The notes under the pieces were generated by a model. That model was given only the letters and a program-made list of their open reading frames with translations. It was not told the DNA's origin and made no database searches. A DNA stretch of 64,000 nt, from positions 60,884,001-60,948,000 of the forward strand of contig OY740794.1 in assembly GCA_963514005.1 (NCBI GenBank), in the 5' to 3' direction. The stretch comes from Raja brachyura (lineage: Eukaryota). A program made the translations under genes and the position numbers. Positions 11,768 through 21,427 of this stretch are shown here, piece by piece (positions within the stretch are counted from its first letter, which is position 1; each line of letters starts with the position of its first letter).

Positions 11768-11905
11768 CTTCTTCTTGTGTATGGCGTGCACAGCCTAAAG
11801 TTGTAGTACAACTTGTTCTATTTGATCTTATTTGATTGTGCACACCAGGTTGATTGCATTCATTGAAACAGGGCAGACCACGTGAAGGTTGCAATCTCCC
11901 ACCCC
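11768..11905 (-). mobile_element. ~135-bp HDV-ribozyme-headed retroposon, copy B
   Basis: (AAG)n tail. TSD CCAGCTTTGT (11758-11767, 11908-11917) duplicates the host CR1 sequence. Confidence 0.88.
11852..11905 (-). ncRNA. Minimal HDV-like ribozyme (copy B; catalytic C changed to U, probably inactive)
   Basis: GGGGUGG GA GAUUGCA ACC UUCACGU GGU CUGCCCU G UUUCAA UGAA UGCAAUC. Confidence 0.72.
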
Positions 11906-12649
11906 ATCCAGCTTTGTGTCATTCGCAAACGTGGATATGTTATATTTAATTCCTTCGTCTAAATAATTAATATATTTTGTAAATAATTGGGGTCCCAGCA
12001 CTGAGCCTTGCGGCACCCCACTAGTCAATGCCTGCCATCCTGAAAAGGTCCTGTTAATTCTTACCCTTTGCTTCCTGTCTGCCAACCAGTTCTCTATGCA
12101 TGTCAGTGGCAATTAGTTGGAGGAAAGAGATGTTATTGTGAAGAGAAGGGTCAAAATAGAAATGGTTAGTATATCAGTTGTTGGGGCAAGAGATGAATTG
12201 TAATCTTGAGGTTTGTTTGGAGAAGATGATGGTTAATTTGGGATCAGGGAAGGGGTTGATTTGGGTTTGTGCTGAGGTCAAATTCACAAGGAATTTGGAG
12301 GATAAGGGTTAGATGGAGGATCAACTATTGATGTCAAGGGGTGTTATGGGGTCCTGAAGAAGAGCTATAAAATGGGGTAAAGTGCATCTTTATGTGTATT
12401 TGAAATGTGTATTTAAAAATTTCAGAACAATGGCCCAGACATTGTGGTACATCATTAAAAATTCCAAATTTAATCCATCAGATACTTTATTTAACTGAAG
12501 TTTGATCATACAAATTTTATTATGTGTTGCACATGAATGTTGTATTAAGCAATAATTAACGTACTCAACAATTTAGAAACTTCCCTCACCACAGCAATTA
12601 ATCCTGACCTCAAACTGTTGATTAATTACAGTAATTTGGTAATACAAGT

Positions 12650-12852
12650 TGTAGATGGTTTTGCATGCAACCAATAACATAGTTACCTCAGTACCATTAA
12701 CCCCGCCTAGTTAACATCAATCATAATGCCTTCCCCTTCCTGGATACGGTTCACTAGAAGAATGTAGCCAGTATTTGAGGATGTATGTAATACCTTGTGC
12801 TATCATTAAAATGTGTTGAACACTTTTAGAGTTTGTAAATTGCTTATTTACA
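12650..12852 (+). repeat. 5' LTR (203 bp)
   Basis: TGTAGATGG...TTATTTACA. Identical to the 3' LTR except T12727 versus C17238. ATTAAA at 12805-12810 is a likely poly(A) signal. Confidence 0.98.
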
Positions 12853-12867
12853 TGGTGTCGGAGCTGG
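12853..12867 (+). promoter_or_regulatory. Primer-binding site (probably tRNA-Leu)
   Basis: TGGTGTCGGAGCTGG directly after the LTR. TGG complements the tRNA CCA end, and the site resembles the tRNA-Leu PBS TGGTGTCAG(G/A)AGTGG. Confidence 0.8.
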
Positions 12868-12946
12868 AAGATACTTGCGCCTACCTGTCCATCGGGTTTT
12901 ATTTCTTTTATTTGATTTGTGCCTTTTGTGCTTTATCTCTCTGACC

Positions 12947-15900
12947 ATGGCATCCTCGTGCAGAAAGCCCGCGCAGCTTGTCTTTGATGCTGATATTTCT
13001 GAGCGCTGGGCTACGTTTGAAATTGATTTCACCCACTTTGTCAACGTCGCTCACCGCAATGATCCTGACTCCCTCAAAGCCTCCCTCCTACTTAACCTTG
13101 TCGGACCTGATGCCATGAAGAGAGCCAGAACTTTCGTCTATGCTCCAGCGGTCCTGAACGACAACAACGTGGTGGTTACCCCTGCAGAATCTGCCAGTGA
13201 CCCTGCTTGCCTGCTACGTAAGTTCAGGGAGATTTGTGACTTGCCCTCGAACCGCATTCTAGAGAGGGCACGGTTCTTTACAAGGAGACAGCTGCCGGAG
13301 GAACCTGTTGAATGTTTTATTGCCGATTTGCGTTATCTCGCCCAGCGGTGCCGTTTCGGTGACATGACAGACCAGCTCACTAGAGACATTTTAGTAACTG
13401 GCATGCGTGACCAGAAGCTGCGATGTGAGCTTCTTAGGGATCCGGATCTAACGTTAGAAATAGCCATGCATGCCTGCAGATTGTCTGAGGTCGTTGTATT
13501 GCCAGATGATCACCGGGACTTGGGAGATAAGTCTGTTCACCAGGCTGGATTTAGTAGAGCCCTGCCTCAGAGGGGAAACAATGCTTTTCTGCCGCGTGCC
13601 AACCCTGGTCCTGCTGATGTGCCCCCAAAAAGGTGCCCTAACTGTAACTACATGCACCACAGACGGTCGACGTGCCCTGCCTATGGCAAGGCTTGTAATT
13701 TTTGTAACAAACTGAATCATTTCGTTTCTGCCTGCCGCTTATTCCGTTCTCGTGGGAGACAGGTACAGATTTCCAGACCCAGTCTAAACATGCTTAAACA
13801 ATCTGATAGCTGTTCCAACCCACAGCCCGATGTTGCTGAATCCTATGATGCAGATCCAATTAATTCTCCCGAGGATTCGAATGTGTTTACCCTCCTCCAG
13901 GCACCTGGCCAACGTCTTGATCCCTCCGTGTCTGTGACTGTCAACAATGTAACCTTCCTTGCGAAGTTAGATACTGGGGCAAAGGTCAATGTTTTGTCAA
14001 TAAATCTTTTCAACAAGATAAGGACTAATGAGGCCTTGGTCGCTGACAATGCTACTCTACACGCCTATGGTGGAGAAATTCTCAGGCCTGTGGGGAGGGC
14101 CACTTTAACTTGCAGGCTACAGAAGGCCACGAGAAACTTGATTTTTTATGTTTTGAACTCTGACTGTGTTACCCTGCTGGGAAACCGTGCGTGCCAAGAT
14201 CTTGGCCTGGTGTCCTTCGACCACACGGTCCACAAAGTGCAACTGTCATTTAACCCGATTGCAGAATACCAGGACCTGTTCAACGATGACCTGGGAAAGT
14301 TACCACTGACATACCATATTTCCATTGACCCAAATGTACAACCCGTGGTCCGCGCACCTCACAGGGTGTCCCACGCCATGAAAGACAGGGTCGAGGCGAT
14401 GCTTAACAACATGGTCGACAAGGGGGTGCTAGAAGCGGTCAGCGAGCCCACCGATTGGGTCTCCACCATGGTTGCCACGATAAAGAAAGACAAGAATGAA
14501 ATACGTGTGTGTATCAACCCCAAGGACTTAAACCTTGTCATCAGGCAACCACACTACCCCATGCGGTCTGTTGAGGACGTGGCGGCTCAGGTCGGGCAAG
14601 CCACCGTCTTTTCGGTCCTAGACGCTAAGAACTCGTTCTGGCAGATCCCGTTGGACAAAGCATCTTCCGACCTGACAACCTTCGCCACACCATTCGGCAG
14701 ATTCAAATTCCTGCGAATGCCATTCGGCATCAATTCCGCTAGTGAGGTGTTCCAGCGAACGATGGAGCAGATATTCTCGGGCCTGCCATGTGCCATCATC
14801 GTGGATGACATCTTAGTCTATGGAAAGGACATTGCCGAACATGACCGGAACCTCCGCCGCGTCCTGGATCGGGCGCGAAAGGCCAACCTGAAGCTGAACC
14901 CAAAGAAGTGCCGGTTTCGTGTCTCAGAAGTCACGTATGTTGGACACGTTTTCACCTCTAACGGACTAAAACCCGACCCTTTGAAGGCAGCGGCCATCTC
15001 TGAGATGGCAGCCCCCACCGACGTGCCAGGTCTACAACGTTTCTTGGGCATGGTGAACTACCTTGGGAAGTTTGTACCACATCTCAGTGAGCTGAGTGCT
15101 CCCCTGCGGCAGCTGACAAAAAAGGATATCGCCTGGGTCTGGCTCCCACAGCACCAGCAGGCGTTTGACTGTCTCAAGTCGAAACTGATTAACACTCTGA
15201 CGTTGCGATTTTTTGATGCGAGTCGCCCCATCACCGTCACATGTGACGCTTCTAAGTTCGGCCTGGGCGCGGCATGCCTCCAATCTGTCGATGGATCGTT
15301 ACATCCTGTCTCCTATGCCTCCCGCACCATGACGGACACCGAGCAGCGGTACGCTCAGATCGAGAAGGAGCTGCTTGCGGTGGTGTTTGCCTGCTCCAAG
15401 TTCAGAGACTTCCTGTTTGGCAGCAGATTTACAGTCGAAACCGACCACCAGCCACTGGTGACAATCCTGAACAAGCCGATTCATGCTGCCCCTGCCAGGC
15501 TGCAGCGTATGATGCTGCAGCTCCAGCGCTTTGATTTCGACATCGTCTACAAGAAAGGCACCGAGATGCACATCGCGGACACGTTATCGCGCGCCCCGCG
15601 GGCCTCCTGTGCTCGCCACCCCTACGAAACAGAGGACTTGCTCGTACTGGGCGTCAATTTTATTCCCACCAAGCAGCTGCAGCTTTTGGCCGAGCACACC
15701 GCTGCCGATCCAGTTTTGCAACGGCTTGCGTCTGTGATTAAATCAGGGTGGCCAACAAAGCGCTCCGCTGCACCGCCTGAAACACAGCCCTTCTTCCTGG
15801 TCCGTGACGAACTGGTGCTCCAGAATGGCGTTATCGTTAAGGGACATAAAGTGGTGGTCCCGTCCTCCCTGTTCGATTCTTACTACTGCGCAGCCCACAG

Positions 15901-17098
15901 CGGACACCCCGGGGTCGATGCAACACTCGCCCACGCTCAGTGCCAATTCTACTGGCCTGGAATGGCCAAATATATTCGAGACCGTGTTTCTGCCTGCTCC
16001 ACGTGCAACAGTCTTGCTCCACATCAGCAGCGACAGCCCCTGCTGCAACAGCCCGCTCCTGCCTTGGCCTGGTCCTCGCTGGCTGCCGACATCTTCGAGT
16101 GGCGTGGTAACCACTACCTTGTCCTGGTCGACTCGTACTCAAACTGGTTCGAGGTGGATTTGCTGACATCCCTCACGTCGGAGATGGTGATCCGGAAGCT
16201 GCGGAAACACTTCTCCACGTTTGGGTCCCCTGTCAGGCTGCAGACTGACAATGGCAGGCAGTTTACCAGCCGTGAGTTCAAAAGTTTTGCTGACAAATGG
16301 AATTTTGTGCATTTCACCAGCAGCCCGGAGTACCCACAGAGCAACGGCCTTGCTGAACGGGCCGTCCGCAGCGCCAAGCTTCTGATGGAACAAGCGAGAC
16401 TGTCTAACTCTGATTTGTATTTGGATCTCCTGAACCTCAGGAATGTTTCCAGAGATCCGGCCATGGGGTCCCCTGCTCAGCGTCTGATGTCCAGAACAAC
16501 CAGATCTACCATCCCGATTGCCCAGCGCCAGCTGAAACCTCGGGTGCTGGAGCCTGCCTCTGTGCAGAGGCGCATTCAAGAGAAACATGACAGCCAGCGG
16601 CGTTCCCACGATCGGTCGTGCAGACCGCTCGATCCTCTGTTGCCTGGACAGGTTGTTCGATTGCAAACCGCCAGTGGTCACTCCCGTCTGGCTACTGTGG
16701 TTGGGGTGGCCGACTCACCTCGTTCGTATCTGGTCGACTATGAGGGAACCATCTACCGTAGAAGCCGACAACACCTGCTTGCGGTTAATAAGCCGAAGCC
16801 GCAGGCCCCGGGCCCCTATGCCCCGCCGCTCTCATACCAGCCGCCGGCTCCTGTCCCAGCCAGCGTTCCCTGCATGCCTCGGTCCCCATTTCGAGCGCCC
16901 GGTTCCCCTCTGCGCGGGTCACCTGTTGGCGGTCGCGGTTCTCCCTCTCCTGTTCCTCCAACCCCACCGCCCTTCCCTGGTTCCCCTGCTGTCTCAGGTC
17001 CCCCTGTTTTTTCTGCTCCTCCGGGGGAAGGGGGAGGCATCCGTACGCGCTCGGGCCGGATCAGCAAGCCACCTGTTCGTTATGGCGATTCTGTTTAA
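12947..17098 (+). CDS. Gag-Pol polyprotein (Gag with 2 zinc knuckles, PR, RT, RNase H, integrase), 1383 aa
   Basis: Kozak ACCATGG at 12947. Knuckles CPNCNYMH...C and CNFCNKLNHFVSAC; protease LDTGA; RT LDAKNSFWQ, RMPFG, IIVDDIL; RNase H CDASKFGLGA, EKELLA, TDHQPL; integrase H-H-C-C plus ADIF, TDNG, SNGLAER. The PR-RT-RH-IN order is Gypsy. Confidence 0.97.
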   Translation: MASSCRKPAQLVFDADISERWATFEIDFTHFVNVAHRNDPDSLKASLLLNLVGPDAMKRARTFVYAPAVLNDNNVVVTPAESASDPACLLRKFREICDLPSNRILERARFFTRRQLPEEPVECFIADLRYLAQRCRFGDMTDQLTRDILVTGMRDQKLRCELLRDPDLTLEIAMHACRLSEVVVLPDDHRDLGDKSVHQAGFSRALPQRGNNAFLPRANPGPADVPPKRCPNCNYMHHRRSTCPAYGKACNFCNKLNHFVSACRLFRSRGRQVQISRPSLNMLKQSDSCSNPQPDVAESYDADPINSPEDSNVFTLLQAPGQRLDPSVSVTVNNVTFLAKLDTGAKVNVLSINLFNKIRTNEALVADNATLHAYGGEILRPVGRATLTCRLQKATRNLIFYVLNSDCVTLLGNRACQDLGLVSFDHTVHKVQLSFNPIAEYQDLFNDDLGKLPLTYHISIDPNVQPVVRAPHRVSHAMKDRVEAMLNNMVDKGVLEAVSEPTDWVSTMVATIKKDKNEIRVCINPKDLNLVIRQPHYPMRSVEDVAAQVGQATVFSVLDAKNSFWQIPLDKASSDLTTFATPFGRFKFLRMPFGINSASEVFQRTMEQIFSGLPCAIIVDDILVYGKDIAEHDRNLRRVLDRARKANLKLNPKKCRFRVSEVTYVGHVFTSNGLKPDPLKAAAISEMAAPTDVPGLQRFLGMVNYLGKFVPHLSELSAPLRQLTKKDIAWVWLPQHQQAFDCLKSKLINTLTLRFFDASRPITVTCDASKFGLGAACLQSVDGSLHPVSYASRTMTDTEQRYAQIEKELLAVVFACSKFRDFLFGSRFTVETDHQPLVTILNKPIHAAPARLQRMMLQLQRFDFDIVYKKGTEMHIADTLSRAPRASCARHPYETEDLLVLGVNFIPTKQLQLLAEHTAADPVLQRLASVIKSGWPTKRSAAPPETQPFFLVRDELVLQNGVIVKGHKVVVPSSLFDSYYCAAHSGHPGVDATLAHAQCQFYWPGMAKYIRDRVSACSTCNSLAPHQQRQPLLQQPAPALAWSSLAADIFEWRGNHYLVLVDSYSNWFEVDLLTSLTSEMVIRKLRKHFSTFGSPVRLQTDNGRQFTSREFKSFADKWNFVHFTSSPEYPQSNGLAERAVRSAKLLMEQARLSNSDLYLDLLNLRNVSRDPAMGSPAQRLMSRTTRSTIPIAQRQLKPRVLEPASVQRRIQEKHDSQRRSHDRSCRPLDPLLPGQVVRLQTASGHSRLATVVGVADSPRSYLVDYEGTIYRRSRQHLLAVNKPKPQAPGPYAPPLSYQPPAPVPASVPCMPRSPFRAPGSPLRGSPVGGRGSPSPVPPTPPPFPGSPAVSGPPVFSAPPGEGGGIRTRSGRISKPPVRYGDSV

Positions 17099-17149
17099 TT
17101 CTGTTTAATTCTGTTGTAGTGACAACGGTCTGTTTCTTTTAAATTTTCT

Positions 17150-17160
17150 AAGGGGAAGGA
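17150..17160 (+). promoter_or_regulatory. Polypurine tract
   Basis: AAGGGGAAGGA abuts the 3' LTR. Confidence 0.93.
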
Positions 17161-17363
17161 TGTAGATGGTTTTGCATGCAACCAATAACATAGTTACCTC
17201 AGTACCATTAACCCCGCCTAGTTAACATCAATCATAACGCCTTCCCCTTCCTGGATACGGTTCACTAGAAGAATGTAGCCAGTATTTGAGGATGTATGTA
17301 ATACCTTGTGCTATCATTAAAATGTGTTGAACACTTTTAGAGTTTGTAAATTGCTTATTTACA
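17161..17363 (+). repeat. 3' LTR (203 bp)
   Basis: Direct repeat of 12650-12852, followed by the TSD CAAGT. Confidence 0.98.
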
Positions 17364-18122
17364 CAAGTTTTTATATTATTTTAGATTTATGCACATATTG
17401 CAAAGAAGTGAATGGAAATTGACATTCTTCTCAGTTTTTATCCGTACCATTTTATACTACCCAATCTCCCTCCAGCTGGATGGCTCATATTGCATTCCGC
17501 TTTGGTGAACTGCCGGGGAGAAACGCTCCGTCTGGTATTGTCCAGAGAAAGCAGCCAAGTTCAAGAGTTTAACGCGCTCAAAGTGCAGACTGGAACAAAT
17601 GTGCCAAACAAAGATGCCTACATTCAGATTGTCAAGAGCGATAATTCTGATTTATAACATTGCCTTATTAAGCCACTCATCAACACATGGAATGATGTTT
17701 ATTTCTGAAACATACTTCATAATGCCACAAATCAAAACGAGTGTGAGAGTCCCAATGAGGGAATATGATAAATCTGATACTGATGTACAATGGCACATTG
17801 CCACTTAATTTTAACTTCAATTTGAGATGCAATCTTTATTGAATTACTGTATATCAGCAAAGTAAGAAGTTTATTGTCAAGGTTTGCTAATCAAATGTTC
17901 TTCTGTTTAAGGATGTAGCTTTTTGTTTTATGTCAGGGCTATTGGGGAAATTTGATCCTCGGAACAGATAGGCTTTCAAATATTAGGTCCCTGAAAATGA
18001 ATACAAATCCTTGCCTGGATGAAATCTATTCCAGGTTGTTCAAAATGCAAGAGAGGAAATTTTAGAGGCCCTAACATCAACAGGGGTTGTACCAGAGGAT
18101 GAAACGACTGCTAATATTGCAT

Positions 18123-19330
18123 GGGGGTTACACAAAAAGCTGGAGAAACTCAGCAGCTGCAGCAACATCTAAGGAGCGAAGGAGAGAGGCGACGTTTCGG
18201 GTCGAGACCCTTCTTCAGACTAGTCAGAGATCAGGGAAACGAGAGATATAGACGGTGATGTGGAGAGATAAAGAACAATGAATGAAAGATATGCAAAAAA
18301 GTATTGATGATAAAGGAAACAGGCCATTGTAAGCTGTTTGAAGTGTGAAAATGAGAAGCTAGTGCGACTTGGGTGGGGGAGAGATAGAGAGAGAAGGAAT
18401 GCCAGGGCCCGAGGGCTGAGGGAGAGGTGGGAAGGGGAGAAGGCAGCCTGGGTTAACAGAATTGAGAAAATTCAATGTTTAAGCCCAGAGGATGCAGACT
18501 CCCCAAGCGGAATGTGAGGTGCTGTTCCTCCAACTTGCGTTGCTCACTCTGGCCGTGGAGGAGGCCCAGGACCGAGAGGTCGGATACGGAATGGGAGGGG
18601 GATTGAAGTGCTGAGCCACCGGGAGGTCAGGTTGGTTATTGCGGACCGAGCGGAGGTGTTCGGCGAATCGATCGCCCAGCCTCCGCTTGGTCTCACCGAT
18701 GTAGATCAGCTGGCATCTGGAGCAACGGATGCAGTAGATGAGGTTGGAGGAGGTGCAGGTGAACCTCTGTCGGACATGGAAGGACTGCTTGGGTCCCTGA
18801 AAGGAGTGGATGGGGGAGATGAAGGGACAAGTGTAGCATCTCTTGCGGTTGCAAGGGAAAGTGCCCGGGGAAGGGGTGGAGCGGGAGGGAAGGGAAGAAC
18901 TGACAAGGGAGTTACGGAGGGAGCGGTCTTTGCGGAAGGCAGACGGGGGGGAGATGGAAAGATGTGGCGAGTGAAGGGGTCACGTTGGAGGTGGCGAAAC
19001 TGGCGTAAGATTATCTGTTGTATGCGCCGGCTGGTGGGGTGAAAGGTGAGGACCAGGGGGACTCTACTTGTTGTGAGTGGGGGAATGAGGAGAGAGGGCA
19101 GTGTTGCGGGGTATGGAGGAGACCCTGGTGCGAGCCTCATCTATAGTGGGGGAGGGGAATCTCCGTTCTCTGAAGAACGAGGACATTTGTGATGACCTGG
19201 TGTGGAACACCTCATCCTGGGAGCAGATGCGCCGTAGACGGAGGAATTGGGAATAGGGGATGGAGTCCTTACAGGAACCAGGGTGGGAGGAAGAGTAATC
19301 CAGGTAGCTGTGGGAGCCAGTTGGTTTGTA
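18123..19330 (-). mobile_element. Penelope-like element (Neptune-type), 5'-truncated
   Basis: Minus strand encodes KPTGSHSYLDY (RT thumb), PGTFPCNRKRCYTCP (Cys linker) and NLIYCIRCSRCQLIYIGETKRRLGDRFAEH (GIY-YIG endonuclease), with frameshifts. Terminal repeat at ~18123-18220. Confidence 0.9.
18191..18218 (-). ncRNA. Hammerhead ribozyme core motif in Penelope terminal repeat
   Basis: CUGAAGA-A-GGGUC UC GACCC-GAAA-CGUC, i.e. CUGANGA, stem II, GAAA and a GUC site. Stems I and III are very short. Confidence 0.55.
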
Positions 19331-19935
19331 GTGGAGAATGCTATGCTAATATTGCATTGTTGTTTGAAAACGGGGGAAGAGATCAATCAAGTAATTACAA
19401 ACCTATTATTTTAAGTTCAATGGTGGGCAGATTATTGGAATCTATTCTGTAGGATGTGTACTTTCATCTAGAAAGGCACACATTTGTCAGTGAACATGAA
19501 TATGTAAAGCAATGCCATGTCTGATTTAGTCACAAATGCAAATATTTTCATGTTTTAAATTTGTCACAGTGGCACTTTCTCTGCAGTCACTTGCCTGTCA
19601 CTTTGTGTGCTGGGTTAAATGAAATCCAGTTAAAATTACAATTTTGATATACAGCAATACAATGCAGATTTTTACTTTCGAAACTAGAAGTTGATTGGTC
19701 TATATTGCCAAGGTAAAACACTTGGTTAAAAAGCTCACAAGAGAGCATTTCTCTTAAGGTCTTCTGCTGATTATAATAGCTATGAAAATCCAGGTCTAGC
19801 ACAAACCATTCAACTAATATTGATTTGAAGAAACCAACTAAGGTAAACAGGTCACAGGCTTCCATTTAAACATTGCTCGCTTGAGAGCTCAACTTATAAT
19901 GTGAGAATGCCCTCTAGACATCAATATTGCCAGTG

Positions 19936-20150
19936 GACACAAAATGCTGGAGTAACTCAGCAGGTAGGAAGCATCTCTGGAGAGAAGGAATGAGTGACGT
20001 TTTCAGTCGAGACCTTTCGGGTCTGAAGAAGCGTCTCGACCCGAAACGTCACCCGTCATTCTCTCTCTGCAGAGATGCTTCCTGACCTGCTGAGTTACTC
20101 CAACATTTTGTGTCTGCTTTTGATTTAAACCTGCATCTGCAATTCTTTCC
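19936..20150. repeat. Penelope-derived ~180-bp palindromic hairpin element
   Basis: GACACAAAATGCTGGAGTAACTCAG...CTGAGTTACTCCAACATTTTGTGTC inverted arms. Hammerhead-like core CTGAAGAAGCGTCTCGACCCGAAACGTC at 20023-20050. Confidence 0.8.
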
Positions 20151-21427
20151 TATACATCAATGTTGCCTGCAGTGATTTCCATGATATTTGAATTGAACTC
20201 TGGTCAGTAGGATAGTTTGCATTGCTGGAAAGCAAATTAAACCTTTTTCAAGTGGTTGAAGATTGGAATTATGGGCACAACTAACTGAAGTGTTTACATG
20301 GGAGAATTCATTATGAAATATACTGTGATTCATGTTAGGTAATTACTTGCAGCTGTAGATTCAATGGGGTATATTGGAGATGATTAGATTCACAATTATT
20401 ACATTTACTTGAAGGGTTAAAGCAACTTTTTGATATTCTTATTAGAATTGTAAATTATTCTTATTGTTATATTTAGTATTGAGAAGTTCATGATTAATGA
20501 TGCAAATATTATTGGTTACAAATTTATCTCCAAATGTTGAACCAACAGCTTGAGAACTCCATACAGAAACACATTGCATGACGTAGAAATATATAGCAAT
20601 AAATGCTGGAGATAAAGAAATAAATCTGCAATGGGCTCTTCAACAACTGGCTTTCGAGGAATACCTCAATAGAACTGAGTAAACAGAGATGTGGAGGGAT
20701 TTATAAACTGGTAGAATCAGGGGAGGATGCAATGTAGGCCATATTTGGAGAAAGGGAGCTTCTGAGAGATGTTCGAACCAGAAAGAGGTTTTGAGAGAGT
20801 GACTTCATCCTTAACAATATTAAAAGTTGAGAATTGTGGTTCTTGTGACAATATGCAAGCCGTCTGATACCTAAAAGACACATGAAAGTTGCGGCAAGGC
20901 ATTCAGTGTACATGCAGAAACTAACATTTTGTCTGCAGATGATGGCACTAAAGGAAGTCTGTGGATTATAAAGAGAAAATGGACATGAATATATCTTTGG
21001 GCAACTCCACAAGTGCAATGTGGGAACAGCAAGAGAATTAGTTGCTGGAGATACCTTGCCACAAGCAAATGGATAAGATTGGAAGTAATTAGCTAGACAG
21101 TGGAGGAGAGGCAGTACAGAGGGAAGGTGTGATTCATCTTGTGAAGGGCTTGTGAATTTCAGCCCGTAATACATTCCATACAATTGCCAATCTACTGAAA
21201 GGATTTCATCCTGTGATTTAGACTTGATTTACAGGTTCTGCAGATGTGCAGCCATGTTGTTTGACCAGTTGTCAGTAAGCGTCATTAGGTCCAGAGGAAT
21301 CTCTTATTCAAGAAACCAGTAAGAAATGAGACTTTGTGCTACTCAGTGAACTTGGAACAAGATCATTGAATTGATAGTTTACAAATACGATGTCTTGTGG
21401 TCAAAAATGATTTTTTTTTGTTGATGC

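Larger units (their letters stand above)
11395..12105 (-). mobile_element. CR1 (HER1-type) LINE fragment with internal deletion, interrupted by ribozyme retroposon copy B
   Basis: ORFs 11132..11728(-) and 11828..12112(-): WLADRKQRV, SGVPQGSVLGPQLF, HLEYCVRFWSPNLRKD. Confidence 0.88.
12650..17363 (+). mobile_element. Full-length Ty3/Gypsy (Mag-like) LTR retrotransposon
   Basis: TG...CA LTRs, PBS, PPT, a single gag-pol ORF and a 5-bp TSD CAAGT (12645-12649, 17364-17368). Confidence 0.98.

Noticed and set aside
12875-12946. Hydrophobic, signal-peptide-like N-terminal extension of the 1407-aa ORF
   Set aside because: It relies on a TTG start in a T-rich leader; the Kozak ATG at 12947 is the plausible start. 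No env ORF is present.
13454-17108. Many alternative-frame and antisense ORFs inside the Gypsy element
   Set aside because: Shadow ORFs of a GC-rich coding sequence with no recognisable motifs.
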